Origin: Lujinxingiaceae bacterium
GTDB lineage: Bacteria > Myxococcota_A > Bradymonadia > Bradymonadales > Bradymonadaceae
Length of the DNA: 64,000 bases
Reading direction: 5' to 3'
Assembly: GCA_013697635.1 (NCBI GenBank)
Contig: JACCWM010000084.1
Span: 7,200-71,199, forward strand
The stretch's first letter is position 1. Every line of letters begins with the position of its first letter. The notes under the pieces are model-generated. The model saw nothing but the letters and a program-made list of their open reading frames with translations, was not told the DNA's origin and ran no database searches. The position numbers and the translations under genes are program-made. Positions 20,536 through 30,479 of this stretch are shown one piece after another.

Positions 20536-21384
20536 ATGGCGAAGGTAGTCTTTCGTGATCCCCTGACCCCGTATACCTCGATCGAGCACACGATCTCGGA
20601 GTATCTCTTCAGTCAGGAGACCGAGTTCCAGCAGATCGATTTCTTTCGTACCCCTGAGTTCGGGACTGTCTTGGCGCTTGGAGGCGTGGTCAACGTCACC
20701 GAACGCGATGAGGTCGGCTACCATGAGATGATTGCGCACGTGCCGATGTTTGCGCATCCGGCACCCAAGCGTGTGCTGATCATCGGCGGCGGCGACGGTG
20801 GCACGCTTCGCGAGGTGACACGTCACCCCGGCCTTGAGGAGGCCGTGCTCGTCGAAATCGACGAGGTGGTCGTCGAAAAGTCCAAGGAGTTCTTGCCGGT
20901 CACGGCCTGCGGCTTTGATCATCCCAAGTCGCGCACGATCATCGGTGACGGCCTGGCCTACGTGCGTGACGCGGAGGCGGCTTCCTTTGACGTGATCCTC
21001 GTCGACTCGACCGATCCGGTCGACGCAGGCGTGGAACTTTTTACACCGGCGTTTTACCGCGATTGTCACCGTGTGCTTCGCCCAAACGGCATCTTGGTGC
21101 CCCAGAGCGACAGCGTGCTCTACTACCCCGAGCGCGTCGCAGGTATTGCCAGAAATCTTCGCGAGATCTTTGCCAGCGTCGACTTCTACACCACCCATGT
21201 GCCGACCTACCCCGGTGGGCTGTGGACTTTTGCATTTGCTTCCAAGGGCCCGCATCCCTTCGCCCATGTCGATGCGCTGCGGGTGCAGTCCATGGTCGCT
21301 GAGCTGGACTATTACAACCTCGACTTGCACCGCGCAGCCTTTGCACTGCCCACGCGCTATCGCCGGGTTGTCGAGCAACTTTAA
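20536..21384 (+). CDS. speE: Spermidine synthase (polyamine aminopropyltransferase)
   Basis: LALGGVVNVTERDEVGYHEMIAHVPM...VLIIGGGDGGTLREVTRH...VEIDEVVVE...VILVDSTDP. Follows speH. Confidence 0.93.
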   Translation: MAKVVFRDPLTPYTSIEHTISEYLFSQETEFQQIDFFRTPEFGTVLALGGVVNVTERDEVGYHEMIAHVPMFAHPAPKRVLIIGGGDGGTLREVTRHPGLEEAVLVEIDEVVVEKSKEFLPVTACGFDHPKSRTIIGDGLAYVRDAEAASFDVILVDSTDPVDAGVELFTPAFYRDCHRVLRPNGILVPQSDSVLYYPERVAGIARNLREIFASVDFYTTHVPTYPGGLWTFAFASKGPHPFAHVDALRVQSMVAELDYYNLDLHRAAFALPTRYRRVVEQL

Positions 21385-21418
21385 GTGGGTCCAGGAGCGT
21401 TGTATGCCTGAGTGCGGT

Positions 21419-21454
21419 ATCCTTGACTGCTGGAGGATCCTTGACTGCTGGAGG
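21419..21454 (+). repeat. Perfect tandem duplication, 2 x 18 bp (atccttgactgctggagg), upstream of the motor cluster
   Basis: Read directly: unit 1 at 21419-21436, unit 2 at 21437-21454. Each unit contains a TTGACT hexamer. Confidence 0.9.
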
Positions 21455-21601
21455 GCAATGGCCCATTCTGCCGTCGAGCAGCTTGGGCCTGGAAACTTGA
21501 GATTAAGTCGAGGGTAGTCTAGGCTGCTGACGACTCATCGCTTAGAGGCAAGTTGCTGAGTTCATGGGTGAAGTCGTTGTATTGATGATTAACTTTAAAG
21601 G

Positions 21602-22486
21602 ATGTCGTATATGAGATGCAGACTCTTGCCCGTGTTCGCGGTGCTGGTCCTGCTTTTTGTGGTGCCTGTTGGAGCGGCCTTTGCCCAGCAAGATGCAGAG
21701 GCGGCAGACGAGCCCGTTGAGACAACGCAGTCGTCGAATCCTTCGCCCATTGAAGAGCCCGGCGTGCAGGCTCCAGGCGAGGGCGTCGCAAAACCAAACG
21801 GCCCGGTGCGTGGACCTGGAGGGCGCACCCTTCGTTCGGATTACCCAGGCACGGATGCTTCACTGCAGCCGAGTATGGATACCGCTCGGATTGAAGGCAT
21901 CAGCATCCAAGATGGCCAGCGACCCGAAGAGGTCTACGACTTGCGCGTCAAGGAGCTCGAGACGAAGATCGACGACCTCAAGGAGCGTGTCTTTCGATCG
22001 AAGAGCCGAATCGTGCTGCTCAAAGAGACTGTGCTCAGTGGAAATCTGGCGGGCAGCCGTGTGATCATCACCCATGAATCCAAACTCGGAGCCACCTATA
22101 AGATTCGCCGCGGGCTCTTTAGTTTGGACGGCAACCGCGTATTCAACCGCATCGATCGCGATGGGGACTTGGCCGGTGAGCGCGAGTTGGACATCTACAA
22201 CGGCACGGTCACACCGGGCACACACACCGTTTCAATCATGCTCGGCTTGCAAGGCAGCGGCTTTGGCCTGTTCTCCTACGTCAAGGGATACGAGTTCAAC
22301 CTGCGCTCATCGTGTCAGTTTACGGCAGAGGAAGGTAAGACCACGTTGCTCTCGATTGTGACCTACGAGCAGGGCAACGCCTTTACGGCTCACGAAGATC
22401 GTCCAGCCGTTATGTGCCAGGTGAGCATGGTCGATCTGACCACTTCGGATCTCGAGGCCGAGGCGGCAGAAGCTGAAGGCAAGTAA
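21602..22486 (+). CDS. Secreted protein: signal peptide, acidic/Pro-rich spacer, coiled coil, beta-rich C-terminal domain (unknown family)
   Basis: MSYMRCRLLPVFAVLVLLFVVPVGAAFAQQ. The coiled coil is VYDLRVKELETKIDDLKERVFRSKSRIVLLKE. An AAAGGA RBS is present. This is the first gene of the cluster. Confidence 0.65.
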   Translation: MSYMRCRLLPVFAVLVLLFVVPVGAAFAQQDAEAADEPVETTQSSNPSPIEEPGVQAPGEGVAKPNGPVRGPGGRTLRSDYPGTDASLQPSMDTARIEGISIQDGQRPEEVYDLRVKELETKIDDLKERVFRSKSRIVLLKETVLSGNLAGSRVIITHESKLGATYKIRRGLFSLDGNRVFNRIDRDGDLAGERELDIYNGTVTPGTHTVSIMLGLQGSGFGLFSYVKGYEFNLRSSCQFTAEEGKTTLLSIVTYEQGNAFTAHEDRPAVMCQVSMVDLTTSDLEAEAAEAEGK

Positions 22487-22492
22487 CGAGAC

Positions 22493-24880
22493 GTGCAGTT
22501 TTGCGTTCATTCGGGCCTGGCCGCACGGCATTGTATTGTGCAATTGACGAGCATGGAACATATGATATTGCCGCTTACTCCCACGTCGTTTCTGGAGCGT
22601 GGCCCATTTTGGGTGGCTGTTTGCACGGCGTTTGTGATCTTGCTCGGCTCTTCGGCGACCCAGGCTCAGCCGCTCGACGTACTGATCGCGGAAGCCGAAG
22701 GTTTCGACGCCACCTTGGGCCGCATTGAGGAACGCTATTTGACCCCGGCTCAACTTGAGTCGCGTTTTCGCCTTGAGACGCGCTTCAATGACGCGCGTGT
22801 GGCCTATTTTCTCAAAGATTACGTGCGCGCCAGCATCATCTTGGTCGCCGTGGTCGAGAATCCGGCCGTGCGACAGTTCGACAGCTACCGCGATGCGCTC
22901 TACATGTTGGGAGACTGCCTCTTCTTGCTTCGAAGTTACAAGGCTGCGCGTAGCTTCTTTCAAACCGTCGTGGATTTGGGACCGGGCTTGTATTACCAGG
23001 AAGCCGTCATTCGTTTGCTGGAGATCGCGTCGACGACCAACAATTTCGAGGGCGTCGAGGAGCTCTACAGTCGGCTCGATTCGCTCCAGAACATCAGCCC
23101 GCAACTCGCGTATATGCGCGGAAAGACCCTCTACCACCAGAAGAAGTACGCCGATGCGCGCCAGTGGTTCCAGCGCGCAGCAGTCGATGCCGAGCACGCC
23201 TTCGTCGCCCGCTATTATGAAGGCATCGCTTTTGCCGCTCAGCGCCAACTCGGGCCCGCTCGCGAGGTCTTCCAGTCCATCGTTCGTGAAGCGCCCAGAA
23301 CACCGCGCGACAGCAACGTGGTCGACATGGCTTATCTGGCGCTCGGACGGCTGGCCTATGAGGAAGGCAACTTCGATACGGCCATAGACCACTACTTGCA
23401 GCTGCCACGAACCAGCCCGGGCTTCGAGCGCGCGCTCTACGAGCTGACCTGGTCATTGATCTCGCGTGGAAGTCACCGTGCAGCGCTTCGCAACGTCGAT
23501 ATCTTGCTCTTGTCCAACCCTCAGCCCACGTTCGTGCCTGAGGCAAAGCTTCTCATGGCCGATCTGGCCCTCAAGCTCGGTGAGCACGACGACGCGCGCC
23601 GCTCCTATCAAGACGTCATCGACACATTTGCTCCGGTGCACGACGAATTGATGCATTTCATTGCTCAAAACAACGATCTCGAGGCGTTCTTCGTCGACCT
23701 TGTGCGCCGTGACATTGAAGGCGGAAAACCCGACTATCTGCCGCCGATGGTGGCCGATTGGGCCGCAAAAAGCACGTTGATGGAATCGGCCACGCGTCTT
23801 GTGCACGATAATATCATGACACAAGAAGACATCGATGAGGCGCTGGCGGCGATCGAAGAGATCGAGGCCTTGCTCGGCTCAGGTTCGGCAGTCGAGGCGT
23901 TTCCGCAACTCGCCGAGGGGATGGTTATGGGCGTCGAGACCGAGAACAACATTATTGATGTCAATCAGAGGTTGCTCGTCCATGAGCGCAAGTTGCTCGA
24001 GTCTTCCATGTCGGCCCAGGAGCGTCAGCGCTGGACGGAGCTCGAAGGGCAGCTCAAAGCATTTCAGACTCAGTACGCAACGCTTCCCAAAAATCGCGAA
24101 GAGCTGCGTGCACGGGAAAAGAAGATCGCTGGCGAGTTCTCTCGCTTGCGCCGAAAGCTCGACAGTGTTGCGTACGATATCGACACGCTGCGGGTTCATC
24201 TCTCGGGCATCGATACCTATCTTCGCAATAATCCGCTCACCGAAATGCCCGTAGCGGATCGCCGCCAGGTCGATCAGATCCGTGGCGAGCTACGCCTGAC
24301 AATCGCCGATCTCGAGAAGGTACGCATAGCCCTGCAGCGCCAAATCGACATCACGCGCCGCGAAGTCGGCGTCGGCGATCGGGTGGCCGCACACGAGCGC
24401 CAGCTTCGCGAGCAGTACCTGCGCATGCTCAGCGAGCGAAGCCAATTTCTCGAAGCCTTGCACGGGCGCGCCTCCGGTGAGAGCCGAGGCTCATTGCAGC
24501 GTATTGCCACCGCACGCCAGCGCATTCCAGCTGCCAGCGCTCGCTTGCACCGCTTCTTTGCTGCGATGAATGTGCTCATCGATGAGCGCGTACACGATGT
24601 TCGTCAAACGCTCGACATTGAATACGACGTATTGATGGGCTATCAGCAGGAACTCAACGTGATTAAAGGCGACTCCGAATCGGCGGCAGCAGCCGTGGCT
24701 CACCTCAACTTCAAGAACGTCGGTGAGCAGTTCGAAGAGATCATCTTGCGCGGAAACGTTGGATTGATCGACGTAAGCTGGCAACAAAAAGACGACGTCA
24801 CGGTTGGCATCAATCAACTCTTCGAAGATCGGGCCGCAGAGCTGCAGTTGCTGCGCGATGCGTTCAAGGACGTGCGCTGA
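22493..24880 (+). CDS. Secreted TPR plus long coiled-coil protein (795 aa; start uncertain: GTG 22493, ATG 22553 or ATG 22562)
   Basis: Hydrophobic leader FWVAVCTAFVILLGSSATQAQP, TPR-like repeats over about residues 60-400, then heptad-rich ELRAREKKIAGEFSRLRRKLDSV... Begins 6 nt after the upstream stop. Confidence 0.7.
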   Translation: MQFCVHSGLAARHCIVQLTSMEHMILPLTPTSFLERGPFWVAVCTAFVILLGSSATQAQPLDVLIAEAEGFDATLGRIEERYLTPAQLESRFRLETRFNDARVAYFLKDYVRASIILVAVVENPAVRQFDSYRDALYMLGDCLFLLRSYKAARSFFQTVVDLGPGLYYQEAVIRLLEIASTTNNFEGVEELYSRLDSLQNISPQLAYMRGKTLYHQKKYADARQWFQRAAVDAEHAFVARYYEGIAFAAQRQLGPAREVFQSIVREAPRTPRDSNVVDMAYLALGRLAYEEGNFDTAIDHYLQLPRTSPGFERALYELTWSLISRGSHRAALRNVDILLLSNPQPTFVPEAKLLMADLALKLGEHDDARRSYQDVIDTFAPVHDELMHFIAQNNDLEAFFVDLVRRDIEGGKPDYLPPMVADWAAKSTLMESATRLVHDNIMTQEDIDEALAAIEEIEALLGSGSAVEAFPQLAEGMVMGVETENNIIDVNQRLLVHERKLLESSMSAQERQRWTELEGQLKAFQTQYATLPKNREELRAREKKIAGEFSRLRRKLDSVAYDIDTLRVHLSGIDTYLRNNPLTEMPVADRRQVDQIRGELRLTIADLEKVRIALQRQIDITRREVGVGDRVAAHERQLREQYLRMLSERSQFLEALHGRASGESRGSLQRIATARQRIPAASARLHRFFAAMNVLIDERVHDVRQTLDIEYDVLMGYQQELNVIKGDSESAAAAVAHLNFKNVGEQFEEIILRGNVGLIDVSWQQKDDVTVGINQLFEDRAAELQLLRDAFKDVR

Positions 24881-27800
24881 TGATGCCCAAGAACAGTGGT
24901 CGAAATTGGCTCCCGGACAACGGACAAACGATGGTCCCTCGAAAGAGTGACAGACGGCTTTGGATGCATTGTGCAAAAATCGGCCGCCTGCTCGCGCTTT
25001 GTGCCTTGCTTTGTGTGTGTCCATCCCTTGTTTATGGCCAAGAAGAGGCCGATCTCGCTCCCTCCTCGGATGAGCAAGCCGAGGGAGAAGTAGCCAGCGA
25101 GAAAGCTGCTGACGAGGGCGCGCCTGTTCGCGATGTGCCGCCGCCGCCCAGCGCGATCCCCGCTGCGCCCGAAGCGCCCCCGGGTGCGGACAAGGAATTT
25201 ACCCAGGCCTTGGATGCCTACGGCAAGGCTCACGGTCGCTATGCCCGTGAGATTCAAGACTATCAAGATACGATCGATGCGATCATCGAGGCGGAGTACA
25301 ACCGCCGGGTTGCCCAGATCAACAGCCAGTATGATGGACAGATACGCTCGATGGAGATCATCGAGCGCAAACATCGAAACGAGGCGATCGCTGCTTTTGA
25401 GCAATTCTTGCAGCGCAATCCAAGCGAGCCTCGCTACACGCCCGATGCGCTCTTTCGGTTGGCGGAACTCTTTTTTGAGAAGACCAACGACGACTTCATG
25501 ATCGCCGACGAGCAGTACCGCACCGATCGCGCACTCTTTGAGGCCGGCCGCATCGCCGACGAGCCCGTCGAGGCCGTGCGAAGCTATGCGCAGCCCATGG
25601 TGTTGTTCAATCGCCTCATTCGTGATTGGCCCGATTACCGTCACGTCGACGGTGCCTATTACTTGCTCGCCTATTGCGAACAACAGATGGGTAATCCGGA
25701 CAAGGCGCGTGACCTCTTCGCGGAGTTGATCGTCAAGCGCCCGGACAGCAACTTCGTTCCCGAAGCCTGGTTGCGCATCGGTGAGTATCACTTTGATTAT
25801 GCCGAGGGCACCGGTGAGCAAAGCATCACCAAGAATCTCGAGCTGGCCATGAATGCCTACCAACAGGCCATGCAAGACGAGGGTAGCCAATTCTATGACA
25901 AGGCCCTCTACAAGTTGGCTTGGACGCACTACCGCCTCGACGATTTCGACAAAGCGATCGCACACTTCAAAAAGCTCGTCGAGTACAGCGACGAGGTCGA
26001 GCGACGTACCGGCCGATCCGGTGCTGTGCTTCGCGAGGAGGCCGTGCAGTACATCGCCATCGCTTTGGCCGAGGAAGACTGGGATCTCGACGGCGCGCGT
26101 GACGACGATTACGGCCTGGTGCGCGTCAAGAAGTATTTGCGCGGCGAGCACGACTACGAGCGTGAGGTCCTCGTGCAGTTGTCGGGCTTTCTCTTTGACC
26201 GTGCCCAGTACGAACAGACCATTGCGATTTACGAATACATCATCGCGAACAATCCCACGCATCGCGAGAATCCGCTGATTCACGAGAAGATTGTGATCGC
26301 GCTGCACAGCGACTCTCAGCCCGAGGCCGCCTTCGAGGTACGCCGTCGCCTGCTGGAATTCTACGGCCCTAACAGCGAGTGGTACGCCTATCAGCGACGC
26401 GTTGGAAACGACGAAGCGCTTCGCTACGCCGACAACGTCGTGCGCGAGAACCTCATCCAGGCAGCGACCTGGTACCACGAGGAGGCCCAGAGTCTTCGAA
26501 ACGAAGCGCTGGTGCGCCGTGATCCAGACTTGCTAGTGCTCACGCAACAGCGCTACCGGTTGGCCGCAAGCGCCTATGAGGAGTTTCTCTCGCGCTATCC
26601 CAACGACAAAGAAGTGTTCCAATGGAACTTTTACTATGCGGAGTGTCTCTACTACTCCGGACAGTACGATGTGGCCTTCGAACAATACCAGGTGGTGCGT
26701 GAGCTCGATCTTACCAACAACGAGTACCAGGAGATCAGTGCCTTCAATGCGATCAAGGCCCTGGAGTTCACCATGCGCGATATGATCCAGCGCGGTCAGC
26801 TCTCAAGCACGGCTCTGGCCGGCCTGGATCTCGACGAGGCTCGCGAAACGGCACAAAGTCAGGCTACTCAACGTGAAACCGATGAGCGCCAGGAGCAAGT
26901 CGGCGTGATCGAGGCTGAGACGGTGCCCCCGATCGTTGAGAAGTACGTTACGGCCATGGATCGCTACGTCGTTTTAAGACTCCAAAACCCCGATGATCGC
27001 TATCTCGACGCCAAGTTTGCCTTTCAATCGGCCAAGGTCTATTACGATTTTAAGAATTACGACGAAGCTCGCCGCCGCTTTGCCTGGATTGTAAACAACT
27101 ACTCCGAGCACGAAGTGGCCTATCTTGCCGGCAGCCTGATCTTGGAGACCTACCGCGAAGAGCAGAACTACGCCATGCTCGCGGAGTGGGCCGAGCGTCT
27201 GGCGACGGTGATCAAGGGTGATCAGGCCGATGCGGTTCGCGCCGAAGTTCGTGAGTTTCGCCTCGGCGCACTGTTCAAATCGGCCGAAGCCCTCTATTCC
27301 GAGAAGAAGTATGCTGAGGCGGCCGAAGAGTACATTCGCCTGGTCAACGATGCACCCAACCATGAGTACGCGCCGAAGGCTTTGAACAACGCTGCCGTGG
27401 CCTACGAATTGTTGCAGCGCTACGACTCGGCGCTTCGCCTCTACGAGCGTGTTTATCAAGAATACCCCACCGATCCGTTGGCCGGCTACGCGCTCTACCG
27501 TGTTGCGATCAATTCGGAGCGCTTCTTCGAATTCGAAAAGGCGATCCAAAACTACACGCTCTTCTACGACAAGTTTCGTGGCCAGGCGCCTAAAGAGCTC
27601 ACCGACATGGGTTTTGTCGTCGAGGAGAAGCGCTCCGAGGCCCTCAAGAGTGTTGCCGTCTTGTATGAAAACCTGCAGCGCTATGACGAGGCTTCGAAGA
27701 GCTACATCCAGTTTGCGCGGGCTTATCCCAACGATCCGCAGGCCGGTCCAGGAATGTGGCAGGCCGTGCTCGTTTACCAAAAGGCCGGCAATACGCGCCA

Positions 27801-28554
27801 GATGATCGATACGATTCAGACCTACATCCGCGAATACGGTCAGAATCCCGAAAACAGCCTCAAGGTGCTCGAGGGCATGACGATCATCGCCGACCACCAT
27901 GAAAACAGCAAAGATCGGCGCAACGCCGCGATCTGGTATCGCACCGTGCTCAACGAATTCTCCAAGCGCGGCATGGCGCCGGCCTCACCGGCTGCTTTCT
28001 ACAGCGGCAAAGCCGAATTCATGCTCGTCGAGCATGAGTTTGACAAGTGGAAGGCGCTCAAGATCAACGGTAATCTTCGCAACCAAGAGCGCCTGCTCAA
28101 AGAGAAGATCGCCGGACAACAAAAGCTTACCGAGCAGTACAATCTGGTCATGGGCCATCGCAGCTTGGAGTGGACCATGGCAGCGAACTTTCGGATCGGA
28201 TCGTTGTTGCAACACTTTGCCGCGGCGCTCTACGAGGTGCCGATCCCCTTCCCCGAAGGCAGCGACGAGTTCGACATCTATCAGGAACGCCTCGAAGACA
28301 TCGCCATCCCGCTCGAGGAAGCCGCGATCGCGCGCTACGAGGCCACGATCAAGCGTGCCCAGCAGGATAAGATCGTCAACGAGTGGACCAAGCGCACGCT
28401 CGACGAACTCAACAAGTTTAAGCCTGGCGAGTATCCTCTCTACAAGGAGGAGCGCCGCTCGGTTCAAAAGCGCACCGTCACGGGTCTACCGTACCTCGAT
28501 TCCGAGGGCTATAAGACCTTCAAGGAGCGCGTCGAAGAGGGGGACCGCACGTGA
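24880..28554 (+). CDS. Very large secreted TPR protein, GltD/AgmU-like by size, architecture and position
   Basis: 1224 aa. Leader IGRLLALCALLCVCPSLVYGQ, then TPR-type repeats throughout (for example YDKALYKLAWTHYRLDDFDKAIAHFKKLV). The ATGA overlaps the upstream stop. Confidence 0.7.
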   Translation: MMPKNSGRNWLPDNGQTMVPRKSDRRLWMHCAKIGRLLALCALLCVCPSLVYGQEEADLAPSSDEQAEGEVASEKAADEGAPVRDVPPPPSAIPAAPEAPPGADKEFTQALDAYGKAHGRYAREIQDYQDTIDAIIEAEYNRRVAQINSQYDGQIRSMEIIERKHRNEAIAAFEQFLQRNPSEPRYTPDALFRLAELFFEKTNDDFMIADEQYRTDRALFEAGRIADEPVEAVRSYAQPMVLFNRLIRDWPDYRHVDGAYYLLAYCEQQMGNPDKARDLFAELIVKRPDSNFVPEAWLRIGEYHFDYAEGTGEQSITKNLELAMNAYQQAMQDEGSQFYDKALYKLAWTHYRLDDFDKAIAHFKKLVEYSDEVERRTGRSGAVLREEAVQYIAIALAEEDWDLDGARDDDYGLVRVKKYLRGEHDYEREVLVQLSGFLFDRAQYEQTIAIYEYIIANNPTHRENPLIHEKIVIALHSDSQPEAAFEVRRRLLEFYGPNSEWYAYQRRVGNDEALRYADNVVRENLIQAATWYHEEAQSLRNEALVRRDPDLLVLTQQRYRLAASAYEEFLSRYPNDKEVFQWNFYYAECLYYSGQYDVAFEQYQVVRELDLTNNEYQEISAFNAIKALEFTMRDMIQRGQLSSTALAGLDLDEARETAQSQATQRETDERQEQVGVIEAETVPPIVEKYVTAMDRYVVLRLQNPDDRYLDAKFAFQSAKVYYDFKNYDEARRRFAWIVNNYSEHEVAYLAGSLILETYREEQNYAMLAEWAERLATVIKGDQADAVRAEVREFRLGALFKSAEALYSEKKYAEAAEEYIRLVNDAPNHEYAPKALNNAAVAYELLQRYDSALRLYERVYQEYPTDPLAGYALYRVAINSERFFEFEKAIQNYTLFYDKFRGQAPKELTDMGFVVEEKRSEALKSVAVLYENLQRYDEASKSYIQFARAYPNDPQAGPGMWQAVLVYQKAGNTRQMIDTIQTYIREYGQNPENSLKVLEGMTIIADHHENSKDRRNAAIWYRTVLNEFSKRGMAPASPAAFYSGKAEFMLVEHEFDKWKALKINGNLRNQERLLKEKIAGQQKLTEQYNLVMGHRSLEWTMAANFRIGSLLQHFAAALYEVPIPFPEGSDEFDIYQERLEDIAIPLEEAAIARYEATIKRAQQDKIVNEWTKRTLDELNKFKPGEYPLYKEERRSVQKRTVTGLPYLDSEGYKTFKERVEEGDRT

Positions 28555-29903
28555 GGAACTCAGGCGTCGGTTCAAAATTGAAGGGGAGCAACCGATCGAG
28601 CTCGTTGATCGCCAGTCTCTTGTGGCTTGGGCTGCTCGTGGGCTGCTCGTCGACTCCAGACAAGCCCGATTCGCCTACAACGGAGCAGTCCGCAGGCGAT
28701 CAGAGCGAGTTCAGCGCGCAGCCGCAGAGGGCGGCGGTCGAATTGCCCGACGCCACGTCGATTGGTGACGACACCGATGCCAGTGCCACGGGCGCCGTCG
28801 CCCCCCATGTCAACGCCCGCATCCGTGCGGCGATCGACAGCGCCGATCAGGGCCGCAGCGACGTGGCGATCCAGACGTTGGCCGAGCTGGTCAACGAGCC
28901 CGAGGGCGGTTTTTTGGCGGCCTTCAATCTCGGTGTGATCTACGATCGCAAAGGTGACCTCGATGTCGCTGCGCGGCGCTACATCCAGGCGTTGCAAAAG
29001 AACCCTGACTTTAGCCCGGCCTTGACCAATCTGGTGCGCATCTACCTGCGTCAGAATCGGCTTGCCGATGCTGACGATATCGCCCGCCGCTTCGTGGATC
29101 TGCGCTCTGAAAACCTCGAACACCGCGCCGTTCGCCTGGAAGTCTTTCTGGCACAAAAGCGCTTCGAGGATGTGGTGCGCAGCGCCAAGGAGATCTTGCG
29201 AAAGGACGAGCGCCACGTCGATGCCATGCTCGCCATGGCCCATGCGAACTATCAACTCGAGCGCTACGAGCTTGGCCTGGCGATCTTGCGAAGTGCGATC
29301 AAGCTCGCGCCGCGGCGCGCCGAGATCTACTACCTCTATGGCAATCTCGAGCTCGCCATGGGCCGATCGCCTTCGGCCATGGCCAACTACCGCCGCGCGA
29401 TCGAGCTGCAATCGGATTATCCGGAAGCCCGAAACAACCTGGGCCTTCTCTATCACGAGGCCCGCGATCACGAGGCCGCCGTCGAGCAATTCCTCTTTGC
29501 CCTCGATGGGTTCCCCGATTTCAAGCAAGCCTATTTGAACCTGGGCAATGCCTACAAAGGTATGGCTCGTTTCAAAGAGGCCGAAGGCGCCTTCTTGAGA
29601 GCGCTCGCCCTCGACAACGATTATGCCGATGCCTATTTCAATCTGGGGATCCTCTATCTAGAAAGCGATCTGCCGGGCATGGAGGCGATCCCTCGTCTGC
29701 ACCGCTCCATCGAGGTTTTCAATCAATACCGGCGCGCTGCGCGCGGCCAGATGACCAACGAAGATCCGGTGGCGAGATTTATCGAAGAGGCTAACAAGTC
29801 CATCGAACAGGCACGCCAACGCGAGGATATGGCGCGTCGTGCCCAGACCCAGGCCGAAACCCCGCCAATCCAAGAAGACGGGGTTGATGATGACGATGAG
29901 TAA
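28551..29903 (+). CDS. TPR lipoprotein, GltE/AglT-like
   Basis: Lipobox LLWLGLLVGCSS. Canonical TPRs (AFNLGVIYDRKGDLDVAARRYIQALQKNPDF..., AYLNLGNAYKGMARFKEAEGAFLRALALDNDYADAYFNLG). GTGA overlap with the upstream stop. Confidence 0.75.
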   Translation: MRNSGVGSKLKGSNRSSSLIASLLWLGLLVGCSSTPDKPDSPTTEQSAGDQSEFSAQPQRAAVELPDATSIGDDTDASATGAVAPHVNARIRAAIDSADQGRSDVAIQTLAELVNEPEGGFLAAFNLGVIYDRKGDLDVAARRYIQALQKNPDFSPALTNLVRIYLRQNRLADADDIARRFVDLRSENLEHRAVRLEVFLAQKRFEDVVRSAKEILRKDERHVDAMLAMAHANYQLERYELGLAILRSAIKLAPRRAEIYYLYGNLELAMGRSPSAMANYRRAIELQSDYPEARNNLGLLYHEARDHEAAVEQFLFALDGFPDFKQAYLNLGNAYKGMARFKEAEGAFLRALALDNDYADAYFNLGILYLESDLPGMEAIPRLHRSIEVFNQYRRAARGQMTNEDPVARFIEEANKSIEQARQREDMARRAQTQAETPPIQEDGVDDDDE

Positions 29904-29975
29904 GCTACTTGATGGTGGACAGAATACCCATCCTCTCATACCCTTGGTGCAGAGGAAGCAAACACAAGGAAAGTC

Positions 29976-30224
29976 ATGCTAGACCTAGCCCTCAAGACTG
30001 TCGCATTTGTGCTCGTCGCCGGCTTCACTACCGCGGCATTGGGTAGTTCGCCGGCCTACGCACAGCGTGTCATTGAGTTCGAGGAGATCGTGGTCGAGGG
30101 GCGCATACAAAAGCCGGAGGCGTTCTATATCCTTCAGCACGCCAATCTCAACTACGAAGCACTCAATCCCAAGCCTTCCTTTTTGAAAGAGTTGCTGGAG
30201 ACGGTCGAAGATGACTTGTTCTAG
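29976..30224 (+). CDS. Small secreted protein (82 aa), in the position of GltF
   Basis: MLDLALKTVAFVLVAGFTTAALGSSPAYAQ signal peptide and a mature part of about 52 aa. Assigned by size and position only. Confidence 0.5.
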   Translation: MLDLALKTVAFVLVAGFTTAALGSSPAYAQRVIEFEEIVVEGRIQKPEAFYILQHANLNYEALNPKPSFLKELLETVEDDLF

Positions 30225-30246
30225 AAGCGTGGCCACGGGTCGAGTT

Positions 30247-30260
30247 GTTGATAAATCAAC
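30247..30260. repeat. Perfect inverted repeat GTTGAT-AA-ATCAAC (candidate operator or small hairpin)
   Basis: Read directly. Lies 23 nt after the stop of the 82-aa gene, inside a 255-nt gap. Confidence 0.4.
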
Positions 30261-30479
30261 GGCTTATGGCCATTGGGCCGATGCCCTCGGATGAGAAAAA
30301 GTACTTTGCCGCTGCCAAACCTATGTGTTATAGATGTCAGTCTCAATCGGAGCCTTCAAAGAGGCAATTGACCAAGTAAACAGTGGTTGGTTCCACAGAA
30401 GGAAGACGAGTCAAAACAGGTAATTAATCGCAATCCAGCCGGGTCGCAACAATCTCAACAAGCACGGAGGTAACTGGAC

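Noticed and set aside
21419-21454. Tandem repeats here and at 32588-32615 considered as CRISPR or minisatellite arrays
   Set aside because: Each has only two abutting copies with no spacers, and there are no cas genes. I report them as simple duplications or candidate regulatory sites instead.
24814-26478. 554-aa minus-strand ORF, with similar ones at 26974-27900, 28572-29528, 33358-34230, 35481-36461 and 36993-38306
   Set aside because: They are antisense to cluster genes that have clear signal peptides, TPR, kinase or OPX motifs. The antisense frames stay open only because stop codons are rare at this GC content.
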